From: Eledone cirrhosa
Taxonomy: Eukaryota
NCBI GenBank assembly: GCA_964016885.1
Contig: OZ024741.1
Location: 194,432,001 to 194,496,000, forward strand
Length of the DNA stretch: 64,000 nt
Direction of reading: 5' to 3'
Positions 12,307 to 26,100 of this stretch are shown here, in pieces. The number at the start of each line of letters is the position of its first letter. The stretch's first letter is position 1. The translations under genes were made by a program, and so were the position numbers. The notes under the pieces are model-generated. The model saw nothing but the letters and a program-made list of their open reading frames with translations, did not search any database and was not told the DNA's origin.

Positions 12307-14240
12307 ACTCATCACCAACATCAATACCACCACTAACACCTCCGTCACTACCAACATTGCCACCCACCACCATTGGTGGTGGTACCCTTGGCAGTGGTGT
12401 TAGTGATGGTGGTGTTGATGGTTGTAGTGGTAGTAGTAGTAGTAGTAGTAGTAGTGATGTGGTGGTGGTGGTGTTGATGGTTGTAGTGGTAGTAGTAGTA
12501 GTAGTGATGTGGTGTTAGTGATGGTGGTGTTGGTGGTGGTGTTGATGGTTGTAGTGGTAGTAGTAGTAGTAGTGATGTGGTGGTGGTGGTGTTGGTGGTG
12601 GCGGTGTTGATGGTTGTAGTAGTAGTAGTAGTAGTAGTGATGTGGTGGTGGTGGTGGTGTTGGTGGTGGTGTTGATGGTTGTAGTGGTAGTAGTAGTATT
12701 AGTGATGTGGTGGTGGTGGTGTTGGTGGTGGTGTTGATGGTTGTAGTGGTAGTAGTAGTAGTAGTGATGTGGTGTTAGTGATGGTGGTGTTGGTGGTGGT
12801 GTTGATGGTTGTAGTGGTAGTAGTAGTAGTAGTGATGTGGTGGTGGTGGTGTTGGTGGTGGCGGTGTTGATGGTTGAGTAGTAGTAGTAGTAGTAGTGAT
12901 GTGGTGGTGGTGGTGGTGGTGTTGGTGGTGGTGTTGATGGTTGTAGTGGTAGTAGTAGTAGTAGTGATGTGGTGGTGGTGGTGTTGGTGGTGGTGTTGAT
13001 GGTTGTAGTAGTAGTAGTAGTAGTAGTGATGTGGTGGTGGAGGTGTTGGTGGTGGTGTTGATGGTTGTAGTGGTAGTAGTAGTAGTATTAGTGATGTGGT
13101 GGTGGTGGTGTTGGTGGTGGTGTTGATGGTTGTAGTGGTAGTAGTAGTATTAGTGATGTGGTGGTGGTGGTGTTGGTGGTGGTGTTGATGGTTGTAGTGG
13201 TAGTAGTAGTAGTAGTGATGTGGTGGTGGTGGTGTTGGTGGTGGTGTTGATGGTTGTAGTGGTAGTAGTAGTAGTAGTAGTGATGTGGTGGTGTTGATGG
13301 TTGTAGTGGTAGTAGTAGTAGTAGTGATGTGGTGTTGGTGGTGGTGTTGATGGTTGTAGTAGTAGTAGTAGTAGTAGTGATGTGGTGATGGTGGTGTTGG
13401 TGGTGGTGTTGATGGTTGTAGTGGTAGTAGTAGTAGTGATGTGGTGGTGTTGGTGGTGGTGTTGATGGTTGTAGTGGTAGTAGTAGTAGTAGTGATGTGG
13501 TGTTGGTGGTGGTGTTGATGGTTGTAGTAGTAGTAGTAGTAGTAGTGATGTGGTGGTGGTGGTGTTGGTGGTGATGTTGATGGTTGTAGTAGTAGTAGTA
13601 GTAGTAGTAGTAGTGATGTGGTGATGGTGGTGTTGGTGGTGGTGTTGATGGTTGTAGTAGTAGTGATGTGGTGGTGGTGGTGGTGGTGCTGGTGGTGTTG
13701 ATGGTTGTAGTGGTAGTAGTAGTAGTAGTGATGTGGTGGTGGTGGTGTTGATGGTTGTAGTGGTAGTAGTAGTAGTAGTGATGTGGTGGTGGTGGTGGGT
13801 GTTGATGGTTGTAGTGGTAGTAGTAGTAGTAGTGATGTGGTGTTGATGGTGGTGGTGTTAGTGGTGGTGTTGATGGTTGTAGTAGTAGTAGTAGTGATGT
13901 GGTGGTGGTGTTGATGGTTGTAGTAGTATTAGTAGTAGTAGTAGTAGTGATGTGGTGTTGATGGTGTTGGTGGTGGTGTTGATGTTTGTAGTAGTAGTAG
14001 TAGTAGTAGTAGTGATGTGGTGGTGGTGGTGGTGTTGATGTTTGTAGTAGTAGTAGTAGTAGTAGTAGTGATGTGGTGGTGTTGGTGGTGGGGTTGATGG
14101 TTGTAGTAGTAGTAGTAGTAGTGATGTGGTGGTGTTGATGGTTGTAGTAGTAGTAGTAGTAGTGATGTGGTGTTGATGGTGGTGGTGTTGATGGTTGTAG
14201 TAGTAGTAGTAGTGATGTGGTTGTGGTGGTGTTGATGGTT

Positions 14241-14276
<36 letters not shown>

Positions 14277-14370
14277 ATGTGATGGTGTTGGTGTTGATGG
14301 TTGTAGTAGTAGTAGTAGTAGTAGTGATGTGATGTTGATGGTGGTGGTGGTGGTGTTGGTGGTGGCAGCA
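9608..14370. repeat. Compound trinucleotide repeat block (AGC/AGT, GGT/GAT, GTT/GCT) with higher-order units
   Basis: Seen directly; accounts for the poly-S/H/P/T/V/L ORFs. Confidence 0.97.
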
Positions 14371-14874
14371 GTGATGGGAGTGATCTATATAAGTAGAAAC
14401 CTCATGACAATAGATGACAAAGTGAATGAGATGTTGTGATGATCATGCATTGCTTTGTTGTTGCTGCTCAGTACCATGGAAGCCATGATCCTGCAGGTTT
14501 ATGATCAAAGGAATCCCAGCCATGATCAACCCTTTTTTTCCTAAGACAGTAAGTAGGGTGCATTTCAAGGGTGATTTGACTATTATCCCTAATAGTTTGA
14601 GCCCCTTCATCATCTCCATATCCCTCAAAATGTTTCACTGTAGTTGACTCCTGATAACCAACAACTGTCACCCTCTTCTTTCTGCAGTACACTCTCTTCT
14701 TTCTCTCTCTCACACACATGTGCGTGCACATGCACATACACACATATGCATATATACACATATACACACAGAAACACAACATATAATTTAACAGATGCTG
14801 TTGCCAGAAATGTGATACAGGTGATTTCACAAACTCAGTAATAATAATAATAATAATAATTGTTTCTACTTTAG

Positions 14875-17700
14875 GCAAATAATGCTTTCTTTATTAACCA
14901 CAAGGGTTTACACAAAGTAGACATTAAGGACAGTACAGGACGGTACAAATGGGCATTTCTGCATGTAAAAAAAACAAAAACAGAGGATGTAACAAAAAAA
15001 GAACAATGAAAAATTCCCCAATAGGGGGAGACTTCCGAAGGCCATTGTGGAGAAAGTCCATTAAAAAAAGCTACGGTGACCCTGACCACCAGGGCAAGTA
15101 CCTTCTCCCAGTTTTCCACCTTCAATTTACGGGCATATACTCAGAGTAGGCCCATTCACTCGGGCCATTCTTACCTCTCTCACCCAGTAATAATAATAAT
15201 TGTTTCTACTATTGGCACAAGGCCAGAAATTACCCAGTGCATTACTGGTACTTTATTTTATCGACCCCGTAAGGATGAAAGGCAAAGTTAACCTCGATGG
15301 GATTTGAACTCAGATCGTAAAGTTCAATCTCTCACCCAGTAATAATAATAATAATGGTTTCTTATATAGGCAGAAGGCCAACAATTTTAGGAGAACGGAA
15401 AGTTGATTAAATCGACCCCAGTGCATTACTGGTGCTTTATTTTATCGACCCCATAAAGATGAAAGGCAAAACTAACCTCGGCAGGATTTAAACTCAGACA
15501 GTAAAGAGACGTAACTCTATGCTGAAATGACTACTGGGTTGAAAATATTAAGGACAATACAATTAACAATGAGTGTGAAGATTTACATAAAATGAGTAAA
15601 CAAAAAACACAAGCAATAAGGGTAACAGTAAATAAATAACAACAGAATTCCCCAATAGAGGAAAGCACCACTCAGGGGTAATTAAGAAATCCCACAGATC
15701 CAAGATCACCTAGAGTACCACAGGCAAGTGCCCCTCTATTCTTTTCAGCTTACAGGCAGAGGTTTAGAGTAGGCTCATTGTCACTACATTCACCTACTTT
15801 TTAACACATTTCTTGGAAGACAGTATTTTCCTCTCCACTCTCGTCTTCCTTTCCAAGTAGAACTTGAAAAAGTCAATGAGAGCTTGTGTGAAGAGAAATG
15901 TGTCTATTTTTAGTTCCACCTCATTCACCACACAACCTATTTTACCATAGCCACCAGAGACAAAAGCTGCCTGTCCTTCCCATTCAAAAGACGGTGGTGG
16001 AGCAACCTTTGTGATGAAGTTGACCAGTAGCCAGATCAGTCGTCGCACAACATAACCACCTCCTTGCTAGCACCTTGTATAAAATTTTAAATTGTGTTGA
16101 GCAGAGTTACAGGTCAGAAATTTTCAATTACGTTTTCCTTTTTTGCATCCTTCCTCATTAGCATTACCACTCCCCATCTCACACAATAGGGAATTCAGCT
16201 GTTCTGCTGACAGGTCATCAGTGAACAAGTCTGGCATATCATACAAGCATTCAAAGCCATCTGTATTTTAGTTGCTGTAATTGGATTTTTGCAACAATCT
16301 ACATCTTCTGTTGAGAGTTATGGCAGGCCATCAAGGTAGGAATTAAAGTCCACTACCATCTCTGTCCTGGTATTTGCCCAGAATAGTTGTACAAAGTTGT
16401 GCTGCTGTAAAGCCACATACATCTACTTAAATCAAGTAGCATGAGACTATCCTGATCAGTCAAAAATTGAATCATGACTTTGTTGACATGATGTCCCTCC
16501 ACTGCTTAGGTCTATCAAATGGTCTTAATTTCCTCATGTCTCAGGACATGTGTCAAAGCCCTGACAATGCAACCTTTGTGTTTTGCATTGAAGAAATGGT
16601 CTCGGGTCACTTGTGCAGCTCGCATGTTGGTTGTAATGTTACTCTTATCACCTTTTCTATTTTAACTACTAAATCTTCTATTCTATATTTTCTTTTTCCT
16701 ACCTCTTTACTAAAAGTTATGAATTGTAATCTAATTTCTCTCTTGAAAGAGCACAACCATCGATTGTTGGTGATTGTCCGTCAACTGGCACTTAACTAAT
16801 ATGCTAATCTGCTGTCTGTAGGCTTTATATGCTGGGACCGAAGCATTTAGCTTCCTGTAATTGGGTACTTGTCTAAATGTTTTGTCTAGGTTGACCATGC
16901 AGATCACAAATTGTTTGTCTATATGACCATTTGTAACTGTGGACACCATACACTATTTCTATCTGCTAACCTAATACTACTCTGTGAATGATCCATGTCC
17001 AGACAGTCCTATCAGGTTTTTGAGGTGTTTGCTCCCTTTCTTCTATTAGCTAACTCCACATAGTCCCTTTGTGTGTCCAAGATCTCATTCCAGTCCCCTA
17101 ACAGTAAAGAGCTAGATGTTCCAAGAAAAGTTTCCAGATGCCTGAAGAAATCTGTCCAACATCCTCCTATTGGGACATAGCCACCAGTCTGAAGGCACCT
17201 CCTTTGCTACTGCTCATGTCTAGGAAGATCTCTGCACCTCTAGGTCCAAGCCTTTCTAAAACAGCATTGTCACTAAGCTTCCCATTCCAAGTTGATTATG
17301 AGATGCATAGATCTGTCATCAAAAATGGGTGCGAGTGTGCATGTATGGGAAAACTTATTCTTGCTGGTGTCTCTCACATCTATAGCTAGCGACCTGTGGT
17401 CGTCTCGTAAGCAACTTTGCTTCTAGGGTATGTGCATTTATGCTTCCTACTCTTAGGTAGGAAAAAAGGAGTTGAAATAAAAAGGGTCACTTGCCCTCCT
17501 ACTGAAGATTTTGGTCTTCGTATCCATTTGGGGTTCATAAGGAAACTCTTTTGGAGATAACTGGTGGCTTTGAGACTAGTATTCCCAATGTCATATGGGA
17601 AACTCTCTCTCATTGTTTTCTATGTCGGCATTCTCAGCTTTGATCTCTACTGATCCCAACAATAACTTCAAATGTAGCGCTAAGTAGCTAGCATTTATTT
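14875..17700 (-). mobile_element. Fragments of a Tx1/L1-clade LINE (endonuclease ~16750-17450; 3' ends ~15540-16080 and ~14875-15185), interrupted by SINEs
   Basis: Minus-strand LLLLGDWNEILDTQRDY endonuclease motif and C-terminal FFKFYLERKTRVERKILS. Confidence 0.6.
15186..15510 (-). mobile_element. Two tandem copies of SINE family 2
   Basis: Reverse complement of GAGTTCAAATCCCGCCGAGGTTAACTTTGCCTTTCATCCT...GTCGATAAAATAAAGTACCAGT...GGCCTTGTGCC with (TTA)n tails. Confidence 0.8.
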
Positions 17701-17989
17701 TTCACCACTCTCTTTCTATTTTCATTCTTTCTCTCCAGAAATATGTATTTCCAATCTTTAGAAACATGTTGGGACCCCTTCCTCACTATGAGTAACTTCT
17801 CTGATCTTGCCACCTATCAACCTAGCTTGTTCACTTCTAACGTTTAAAAGGTGATGGAAGCACTGGTTAACAATTGCATTATCCTCAGCAACTGACACTT
17901 CTACTCCCATTGAGTCAGATCTAGTTGATACCTGTATTCTTATGTCACTCACTAATTCTCTCTAACTCTGAGAAGTCTAGAAAAATAAT

Positions 17990-18660
17990 GTCATTGCATT
18001 TGATATCAGCAAAAGCTTGATCATGCCTGGCAGGAGAACCTTTCTTGGTTAAGCTGATTATTTGTGACTATGTTGGACTTAAAAACTGCCCCCTTATGGG
18101 CTTCATTCTTCTCTTTTCTCTTGGATTGGGGGTTTAATGTGAAATAGCTCCATTATAATTTTCGTTTGTGAGGCTTTCTCTGGCACACATTCTATCAATA
18201 CTGGTGTTCCTATCATCACATACCTACTCCTAACACTTACATATAGTGGCACATACTCCACATAAATTATCTCTACACAAACCTCATCCACATTCAGCAT
18301 ATACACCTCATATCATAGCTGTCATGCCTCCATGAACAAGAACCTTGAAAATATTCCCCCAAAAGGTTGTGTTCTTTCAACAACACAAACAGACAAAGGA
18401 AACAGTATAGCATGTTAGTCTTGAAAAGGCAATTGGAACTCTCATAGTCGCTCAAACATTAGTCCTCACAGTTTCTGAATCTGTTCCGGGGAAGCCCACT
18501 TATACAGCATAACAGAAACTGGATTTCCTTTTTGGAGCCCAAGATATTTCAATTCTAACCACAATGGAGTACTGTCATAGAAGGTGCTACTGCTACTACT
18601 ACATATAAGCATTCTAGATCATATCCAAAAGAAGGCCATCAGCCACCTGATAAGCAAAGA
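17990..18660 (+). mobile_element. Highly degenerate CR1/Jockey-like RT fragment
   Basis: IAFDISK, INTGVP and ILDHIQKKAI remnants. Confidence 0.45.
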
Positions 18661-19455
18661 TTAAAATTTACTACAACTCATAGACTTACTGTGTTCTCTG
18701 TGTGTGTCTATTATATCACTACTACTAGTCACTTTGACTTACAGATGTGCTGTGTCTTCTCTCTCTTATATCACTACTATAACGTCCTCAGACACACAGA
18801 TGAGCTGTATCCTCTCTCTCTCTCTGTCCTTCTTCCTCTTATATCACTACTACTACTCCCTTTGACTCACAGATGTGCTGTGTCTTCTCTCACTCTCATA
18901 TCACTACTACAACTCCTTCTGACCTCCTGATGAACTGACATTTACAACTGGTCATCATCATCATCCTTGTTTAAAGTCTATCTTCCACGCTAGCATGGGT
19001 TAGACGGGAATTGTCTCACTTGCCTCGCTCGTATAGGACTGTATATAGCAGGTTTTCTACGGCCGGATGCCCTTCCTAACACCAACCACATTTACAGTGT
19101 GAACTGAGAGCTTTTTTACCGTGTCTCCTATACCACAAAAAAACACGTGATATTAGGGGAGGTTACTCTAGATAGAAATAATATTAAATAATACCAAGTT
19201 GTTTCCCCTAGTTTTCTTAATTTTTTTTTGTCAGCTAAAATATTTGTCCTACAATTTTATAAATAGTTAAATATAAAAAATAAAGTCATCCTGAATATGC
19301 CAGAATAAGGTGAGATGGTCATGTGTGGAACAATATAGATTTGTCACAGAAAATGTTTATGTGCAGCCGCCATCAATGTATTCTCTCCTTATTTAAGACT
19401 ATTTAAGCAATATCTTTGAGAAGTTTCATAATTTAACAAAAACAAAAACGAAATC

Positions 19456-19461
19456 TTTATT
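19456..19461 (-). promoter_or_regulatory. Candidate polyadenylation signal of NDUFAF1
   Basis: AATAAA on the minus strand ~25 nt after the stop codon. Confidence 0.45.
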
Positions 19462-19485
19462 AAACACTAATGATTGATTTCTGAA

Positions 19486-19710
19486 CTATGTATTGGAAGT
19501 ATAAGGTTCAGTTTGATACATTTCCCAAGCAAATTCTTCAGTATGATTCATATCATACATAGCACCAATATAGTCAATCTCTAAAGCAAATGGACCAGAG
19601 TTTCCATCAGCAAGAGTTATTCCAACAGCAGCTACACGATCCAAAGGTAAAGACTCTTGTTTGTCCTGGATTCTACCTTTGAATGATTTGTAAAAGCGAG
19701 ATAATGGTAT
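19486..19710 (-). CDS. NDUFAF1: NDUFAF1 last coding exon
   Basis: After a ttccAG acceptor: [18 protein letters not shown]...[20 protein letters not shown]...[13 protein letters not shown] stop at 19486-19488. Confidence 0.95.
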   Translation of the reverse strand: MPLSRFYKSFKGRIQDKQESLPLDRVAAVGITLADGNSGPFALEIDYIGAMYDMNHTEEFAWEMYQTEPYTSNT

Positions 19711-20247
19711 CTGGAAGAAGACAAAGTTGAAATATGAGAACACATGTGTATATGATTCTCTGTAAATATATGTAAGAAAATGACAGCTACAAACATATAT
19801 GTGTATATTTATATCCTTATGCATAAGTATTATCATCATCACCATTTTACATCTATTTTGTATGCTTGTATGGGTTAGACAGGTTGGCACATTCTGAGAC
19901 TAAACAGGTCTAATGACTGTGTCTCACTCATACATTCCATTCTGGAATGGTTTCTATGGTTGGATGCCCTTCCTAACGCCAACTACTTCACAGCATGTAC
20001 TACTCTGTTTTCTTGTGGCATCACCACCACCACTTGACAGGGTGGACTAGGTGTTTTTCATCATGTTACCAGCACTACTACTCTACAGGGTAATCTGAGT
20101 GCATTTTATCATGGCACTGTCATTACCACCAGGCTTATGTATATGAAGACTGAAAGTGACTCTCACAGTATTTGAACTCAAAACAGTGAGGTAAATATAA
20201 TATTAGATAAAAATATTGTTGAGAAGAAATGAAATACTTCCCCTTAC

Positions 20248-20433
20248 CTTTGCTGTCTGCCAATAAGGGCCACCCCTTGTGTATAAAGCAAAGTTATAGA
20301 CATCGTCCCAGTGGACATCAAAAGTCATATCCATTTGTAGGTTGATTGCATATGTGCGTCCATCACCACGGACCCTCATCACAAAATGAGTGTACCAACT
20401 CAAATCATAGGGAATTGACCGCTTGAATGACCT
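20248..20433 (-). CDS. NDUFAF1: NDUFAF1 coding exon 2 (62 codons)
   Basis: RSFKR...YDLSWYTHFVMRVRGDGRTYAINL...YNFALYTRGGPYWQTAK (CIA30 RVRGDGR and TRGGPYWQ motifs), bounded by an aAG acceptor and a GTAAGG donor, 186 nt in frame. Confidence 0.95.
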
Positions 20434-20689
20434 CTTTAGAGAGAAAATAAGAACATAAGCAACAGTTATAATTAGATCAAAGGTGAATATTTGGGAAATG
20501 AAATATGGTAGAAAAACATATATAAAATAAGCCTGAACATTTATCAATCGAAATCATATATTTTAGCAGGTAGTGATTTTTTTTTAAAGAATAATCTTTA
20601 CAAAAGTGACAAAAAGAAGAAAAAAAAGAGGTGGTGAAATGTGAAGAGGTGTGAACTATATGCCCTTGGCTAGAGGCTATATCTCAACT

Positions 20690-20850
20690 GCGCTCTGCAA
20701 GTAAGATGGCAAAAGCATTGCTGTAGAGAACAGCCAGCGATACCCACTGTATCAACCATTCCTCCTTCCTCAGGTGTGATGCTGTCTTCTCAATTTGGCA
20801 AAGGAAAACAGCAGTCAGGAAACCGATGACTGTAGATCTCATTTGTTGTA
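20690..20850 (-). mobile_element. 3' fragment of a CRE-like RLE retrotransposon in a NDUFAF1 intron
   Basis: EWLIQWVSLAVLYSNAFAIL matches the C-terminus of the 23340-26100 element. Confidence 0.55.
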
Positions 20851-21267
20851 GAACAAACTATTATGTAGTTGTCATATAAAGTAGGTTTAAACCATAAATT
20901 ATATGACACTACAATGTGTTGTTATTAATAGATATCAATGACCCACTAAGTAAGCTCACAATGAGATAAGACCCTGTCATATGTTTACAAGTGATATAAC
21001 CAGGTATATACGGAATGTATCTTGTACAGATGGATATTTATCTCTTAACTTCTAAATACTACAAAATGAAAACCAAGCACCTCTCTCTCAAAAACTCACC
21101 AGTACTTGTTCAAACAATTACATGTGTATTGACGTCATAAACTTGGCAGAGAGCTGAGTAAATGATGCTTGTCAAACAGTGTTTGCTATAGATTTGTTCC
21201 AACTCAACACACTGCAGCTAATCATCATTACCAAAAACAACCAATGAGAACAACAATAACAACTTAC

Positions 21268-21795
21268 CATTTTTCTTGGGGATCGTATATTCACATAACC
21301 AGCATCCTTCACTATTCCATCTTTAGGAATCTTTGTAGAAAGGTTACCATGAAATAAACCATTGCCATTCTTATTTATTTCAAAATTTGCTGTACTGCTG
21401 CCTTCTCTATGGTCACTATCACAGGTAACAATCCATTGATTAGTGTCATCATTAGCATTGAACTTCCACAAGTAAGTATAATCTAAATTTTCCCTAAATC
21501 CATAGGCATCACTTTCAAGTTTGGTTTTCCATTCTTTCAGAAACAATTTCATCTCAGGCTTCAACTGTTTCATACCTTCTATTGTCATTTTTATTCTTGA
21601 GAGTTTTTCTGTTTTCTTATAGCCAGACTTTCTGTCTGCCTGATAGAATGTTACTCTGGTTGCACATGGAATTTTTACTAATGTTGAAGTATGTGGCAAC
21701 AATGAGTGTTGTGTGAAAGCATAATTTACCGAGGTGTAACATTGTAGCAAAGATGTCACCTTGCTGGACTGTCTTATTCCATTAATGAGAGCCAT
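21268..21795 (-). CDS. NDUFAF1: Complex I assembly factor CIA30/NDUFAF1, coding exon 1 (176 codons)
   Basis: ATG at 21795 lies 2 nt after a ccacAG acceptor. It encodes a basic presequence-like N-terminus, then LWKF...WIVTCDSDHREGSSTANF...GLFHGNLSTKIPKDG...AGYVNIRS, typical of CIA30. It ends at a GTAAGT donor, phase 0. Confidence 0.95.
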
Positions 21796-21959
21796 TCCTG
21801 TGGTTTTGGGGAAAATAACAAGAAAATTGTTAATGTTTAACAAAAAAAATTTACAGAATACAAATTTGCAGAAATAAATGTTCTCTTTAATGTTTCATCT
21901 GTAGATAAAATTGTCTACCTAATCTTCTATCTATAGATACAAGACACTACTGCTCCACC

Positions 21960-22420
21960 CCCTCCTTTGCCCATATATTTCTGAGAGGGCCATGGGGGCA
22001 GAGTCATCAAGCATGAATTCCAGCAGGTCCTGTCAGAAGCAACTGTCTTCAGTTGATTCAGCTGGATCCCCAAGTGAGACCAGCTAAGCTCATGGATATC
22101 ATCTAACCATCTTGCTCAGTGTTTACCCCTGGGTAAACTGGTGGTTGATTTTGCCTGTAAAATCTGTCTAGCAATTCTTTCCTTAGACATTCTAACTGCG
22201 TTCTGTAATATCAGACCTGTGATTTCTCAATTGTGATAGTGAGTTTGGCTTTTACACCTGCCTCCCTTCTTCTGGTCCATTACTGCATCAGCTCCTGCAA
22301 TTCTTGCACTTAATTCAGCCTCCTGCCTTCCATCATTCACAAACACAGCCTCAAGATACTTGAACTTCTCCACTTGCTATAGTGGAGCTCCACTCATATG
22401 CAGAGTGCACTGCAGGGTTC
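21960..22420 (-). mobile_element. 3' fragment of an RTE-like LINE
   Basis: VEKFKYL and KPPVYPRGKH..WLDDIHEL; a related plus-strand fragment lies at 29850-30085. Confidence 0.6.
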
Positions 22421-23339
22421 TTTTTCTTTTCCATTGGCACTCTTATTTTTGAAAAAAATACATTTTTTTTAAGAAGAAAAATATCAATATTGGTATTCGA
22501 TTAGATATTAAACTAAACTATGCATGCCTATTTAAATATACAGCTATACATATATATACATATATATATATAAATATATATACATGGATTGTGTTTAGAA
22601 TGCATAACATTATTATTAATATTCATCCTCATCATTGTTCACATTACATGCTGGCATGGGTTGGACGGATTGTCACAGTCTAAGAGACGTAATCTTGCTC
22701 ATACATTCTATATTAGGCTTTTCTTTGGCTGGATACCTTTCCTAACACCAACAACTTTACAGTGTACAGTGTAAACTGGGTGTATTTTATTGTTGCACCA
22801 ACACCAAAACTTTTCAGAGTGTATTTGGTAGATTTTAACGTTGCACCTACACTAGGAAGGTTGTCATATGTTTGACAAGATAGGAGGGTCCGCTCTACCT
22901 TATATTGCCTTCATCTGAGCGTCAGCCACTGTAAAGAGTTCACTGGGTGCATTTATATCCATACTGTCAGTATATAGGAGACATGCAGATTTTAGCGTCA
23001 AATTTGTGGGTAAAAAATATGGTACATTTACAAGACACAACTATTCCCTTAATGTTCCCTATTTCTATAATCTCAGTTCAAGGAGAAGTATTTGTATTTA
23101 GGGTTGATAAAGACAGCAGGAAGGGTGTGGGAATGTTAATGTACATTAAATTAAACTTCAATATACTAATTGGTAAACTATAACTAAAGACATCTTTTAT
23201 TCACAGTTGTAAAAGAGAGACAAAAAAAAACCCCAGAGAAAAAGAAGGAAAAGAAAGTGTGTGTGTGTGTGTGTGGGGTCAATTCACCATTAAGTGTGAC
23301 AATTGGCTGCACATCACATCATAGGGGTTAACTAAATAC

Positions 23340-26100
23340 TTTGAGGCAAGCCAATATGCTTGCAGCATTGCCACGGGTGATGGCAAGGCTAAGGCACTAA
23401 AACAACCAGACACCCTCATAGGCATCACCTGACACTTCAGAAAGGCGAACAGCCGGCGATGACAAGAACTTCGTTGTCAGCGGCCCAACTCCACCAAATG
23501 TCTTGAGCGTCACAGGCTGGAAAAAATAATTACTGGATAAATCCAGGTATTTCCGAATTTTATTCCATTCACCAATGGAAGCAGTGGCCCCCACATTTAC
23601 CGTAGCATCCATGATATGGGAGGGAGCAAAAGAGTCACTGACTGTGACGTTCCAGATGAAATACCTAACTCCTACCCAGGGACAAATAGTAAGGCTGTCT
23701 AGTCTCTTCCTTTCACTTCTGGATAAACCAACCAGCTCCAGAACTGAGGGGATATTTACCCGAGCCAGGGCCTGTTTGATGATCAGGTTTAATTTGGTAT
23801 GGTGGGTGAAATGACCAGCATTCAGGTGGCAGGACAAACTATGTAGACCTGTGGAGTTGAGGGACCTACCACAGTGACATCTCAGAACCCCACAGACATC
23901 AGCTCCCACTCGAAGTGCAATGGAGATGCGGAGCTCGTTCTGACTGAGAAGACTAGCCAATGTTGGCCACAGGCAGGGCATCAATCCAGTCCCCTGAGAA
24001 CTTAGGGCTTGCAGAAAGTGACACCTAGAAAATTGATCGGAATGATCAAAGAGAGTTGAAAGTTTCCCTTGAATTCAGATTGTCTCATACTCTCTGCTTT
24101 CATCTATCCTCATCAGTAACGGGAACTGACAAACCCAGCTGTCTTCATTGTAGTAAAGTTTCAGCCAACTCTCTGGTGGAACTAGTCCAGGTTGGGAAGG
24201 AGAAGATGTCACCCACTAAAGGGGAGCAAGCGTGGTGGAGAGTCGACGAAAATTTGTAAGAGGGACCAACTTTGAGGAAATACAACTTAGAGATTGACAA
24301 ATAACTCCTAAGTATAAAAAAACCTTGGTGAGGCTCAATGACTTTGAGGTTTTTTAAAAGTTGCTCAAGGTTAGCCAACTTAGATTGAAAGATGGACTCA
24401 AAGCTTTTGTCAGTAATTGGAGCTCCAAGGGAGCACCATGCTGATGAGGGAGAAACTACGATGAAGGAGCTGAGGAGCCAGAGCTCGCATTTGGAACTAT
24501 TGACATGAAGGCCCCTATGACCCAGTTTCTCAATCATCGTCTTCGCAGTTGTAAGGACTTTGTCTGGAGGACCACCCAAACAAGTGTCCTCCAGATACCA
24601 GACTTTCAGATTCAGGTCAACTCCCATCTTGGTGATGTCATCAATGTCCAATGCAAAAAGAGCAGGTCTGAGTGGGACACCCTGTTGGGCCCCTGTGGCA
24701 GGTAGTAGGAAATGGTCACAGAAGATGAGGTGGGAGGGCTCCCAATGGGCTTGCCAAGCAACGTGGTAAAGCTGCGGAGCCCCGTTGCTTTACTGAACGG
24801 AGGATGACATCTCAACTGATGGAATTAAAAGCATTCCTGAGATCTAACTTGAGAATAACCTTGGGGGTTTCAGAAAGCAAGTTAGTAAATGAGTGGCAGC
24901 CTCACAGCCCAGCTTGGTACCCACCCCTAGCTGTATAGGGGAAAATTCGGTGGACAGGCATCTGAAATCGAAGACAGACATATTTTCACAGTGAGCCATC
25001 GCAGAGAGCACCAAACTACTATGGAGCGGAAGTCACCATTGGGCTTTGTGAGGCCAAACAGTTTAGCCCAAAGAACAGGGGGCGGATATAAGGGAAGATA
25101 TTCTTGGATGGGAACAGGTTGACAAAATGGATGAGGGTCTCCAAGAGCTCTAGACCAGCATCTCCGGCCGACAAGGAGACACCAACCTTTTAGTGCTGAG
25201 GTCGATGACCATCAACCCCTGCACCAGAACCTGCCAGAAAAGATATTATCACTTTCCTGATGATAGCTGGGGTGAAGACAGGCTGCAAATAACCTGGTAG
25301 ATCAGGCCAGTGTAAGTGGTCATCCAGAGGAGCCAGAGGATGTTTCACTTTCAGTCGGTTGAGTGAGTGAATCTGTAGTGTACTGGGCGAGGCATGGCAG
25401 AGAGGAGAGGAGGAGAACAGCTTCTTTAATATCAAATTCATTGAATTTAGCATTGAAGGCCTTCTTTAAGTTCGGCGATCGACCATTGATTGGAACTGAG
25501 TTGATCGCCGACCTGAGATGAGCAGTAATTGGGGTTGAATCAAACAACTCGAACTGCCGTTTTAGGGAAGATCTGGGGGATCCGGATTTCGCGTTGGACA
25601 CGTGGAGAGAGACTTAGGGGAACAAGAATAGTTTCTACCAATCCAAGATGTCGTTGGATAGGCAGACGTTCTTCAACAGCTTGGTGAGAGCACGGGCGAA
25701 ACTGGTCCAAGCTCCTTTTGGGATCCTGTTGATGAGTTTCCAGGAGGGCAGCAGCAAAATACTCAACAGAGATCTGAACGTCAGAATTAGGTTCTGACCT
25801 GCAAAGTGAATCGGAGCTGAAGTGGCATTGGTTACACGTCCAGTTTGAGAAACTTTCAGCAAAATTCTGTAAAGAAGCCAATCCGGCATTTTACTATCAA
25901 GTGACCGGCCCTAGGTTTCATTAAAATCTCGGTCTACTTGGTTATTTACACTTTAGCGTGCAGTCTATCTGCACATGTACAGGCAAAACGGCAAGCGCAG
26001 GCAATAAATTCTTATTATGAAAGGTCATATGGGCCCACGTTATCGGTGGGCCCTGATCACTGATCTCTAAACTTGAGAGAATAACAGACTCATACGCAAG
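23340..26100 (-). mobile_element. Degenerate CRE-clade non-LTR retrotransposon (RT + CCHC + restriction-like endonuclease)
   Basis: GSGAGVDGHRPQH, QLGVGTKLGCEAA, KLDLRNAFNS, GAQQGVPL, WYLED, CHCG...HSLSC, GLSRSERKRLDSLTICPW...IWNVTV...E..KIRKY; multiple frameshifts. Confidence 0.85.

Noticed and set aside
24441-24460. CTGATGAG...GAAAC hammerhead-like string
   Set aside because: No stem II or stem I, and it lies antisense inside CRE coding sequence; chance match.
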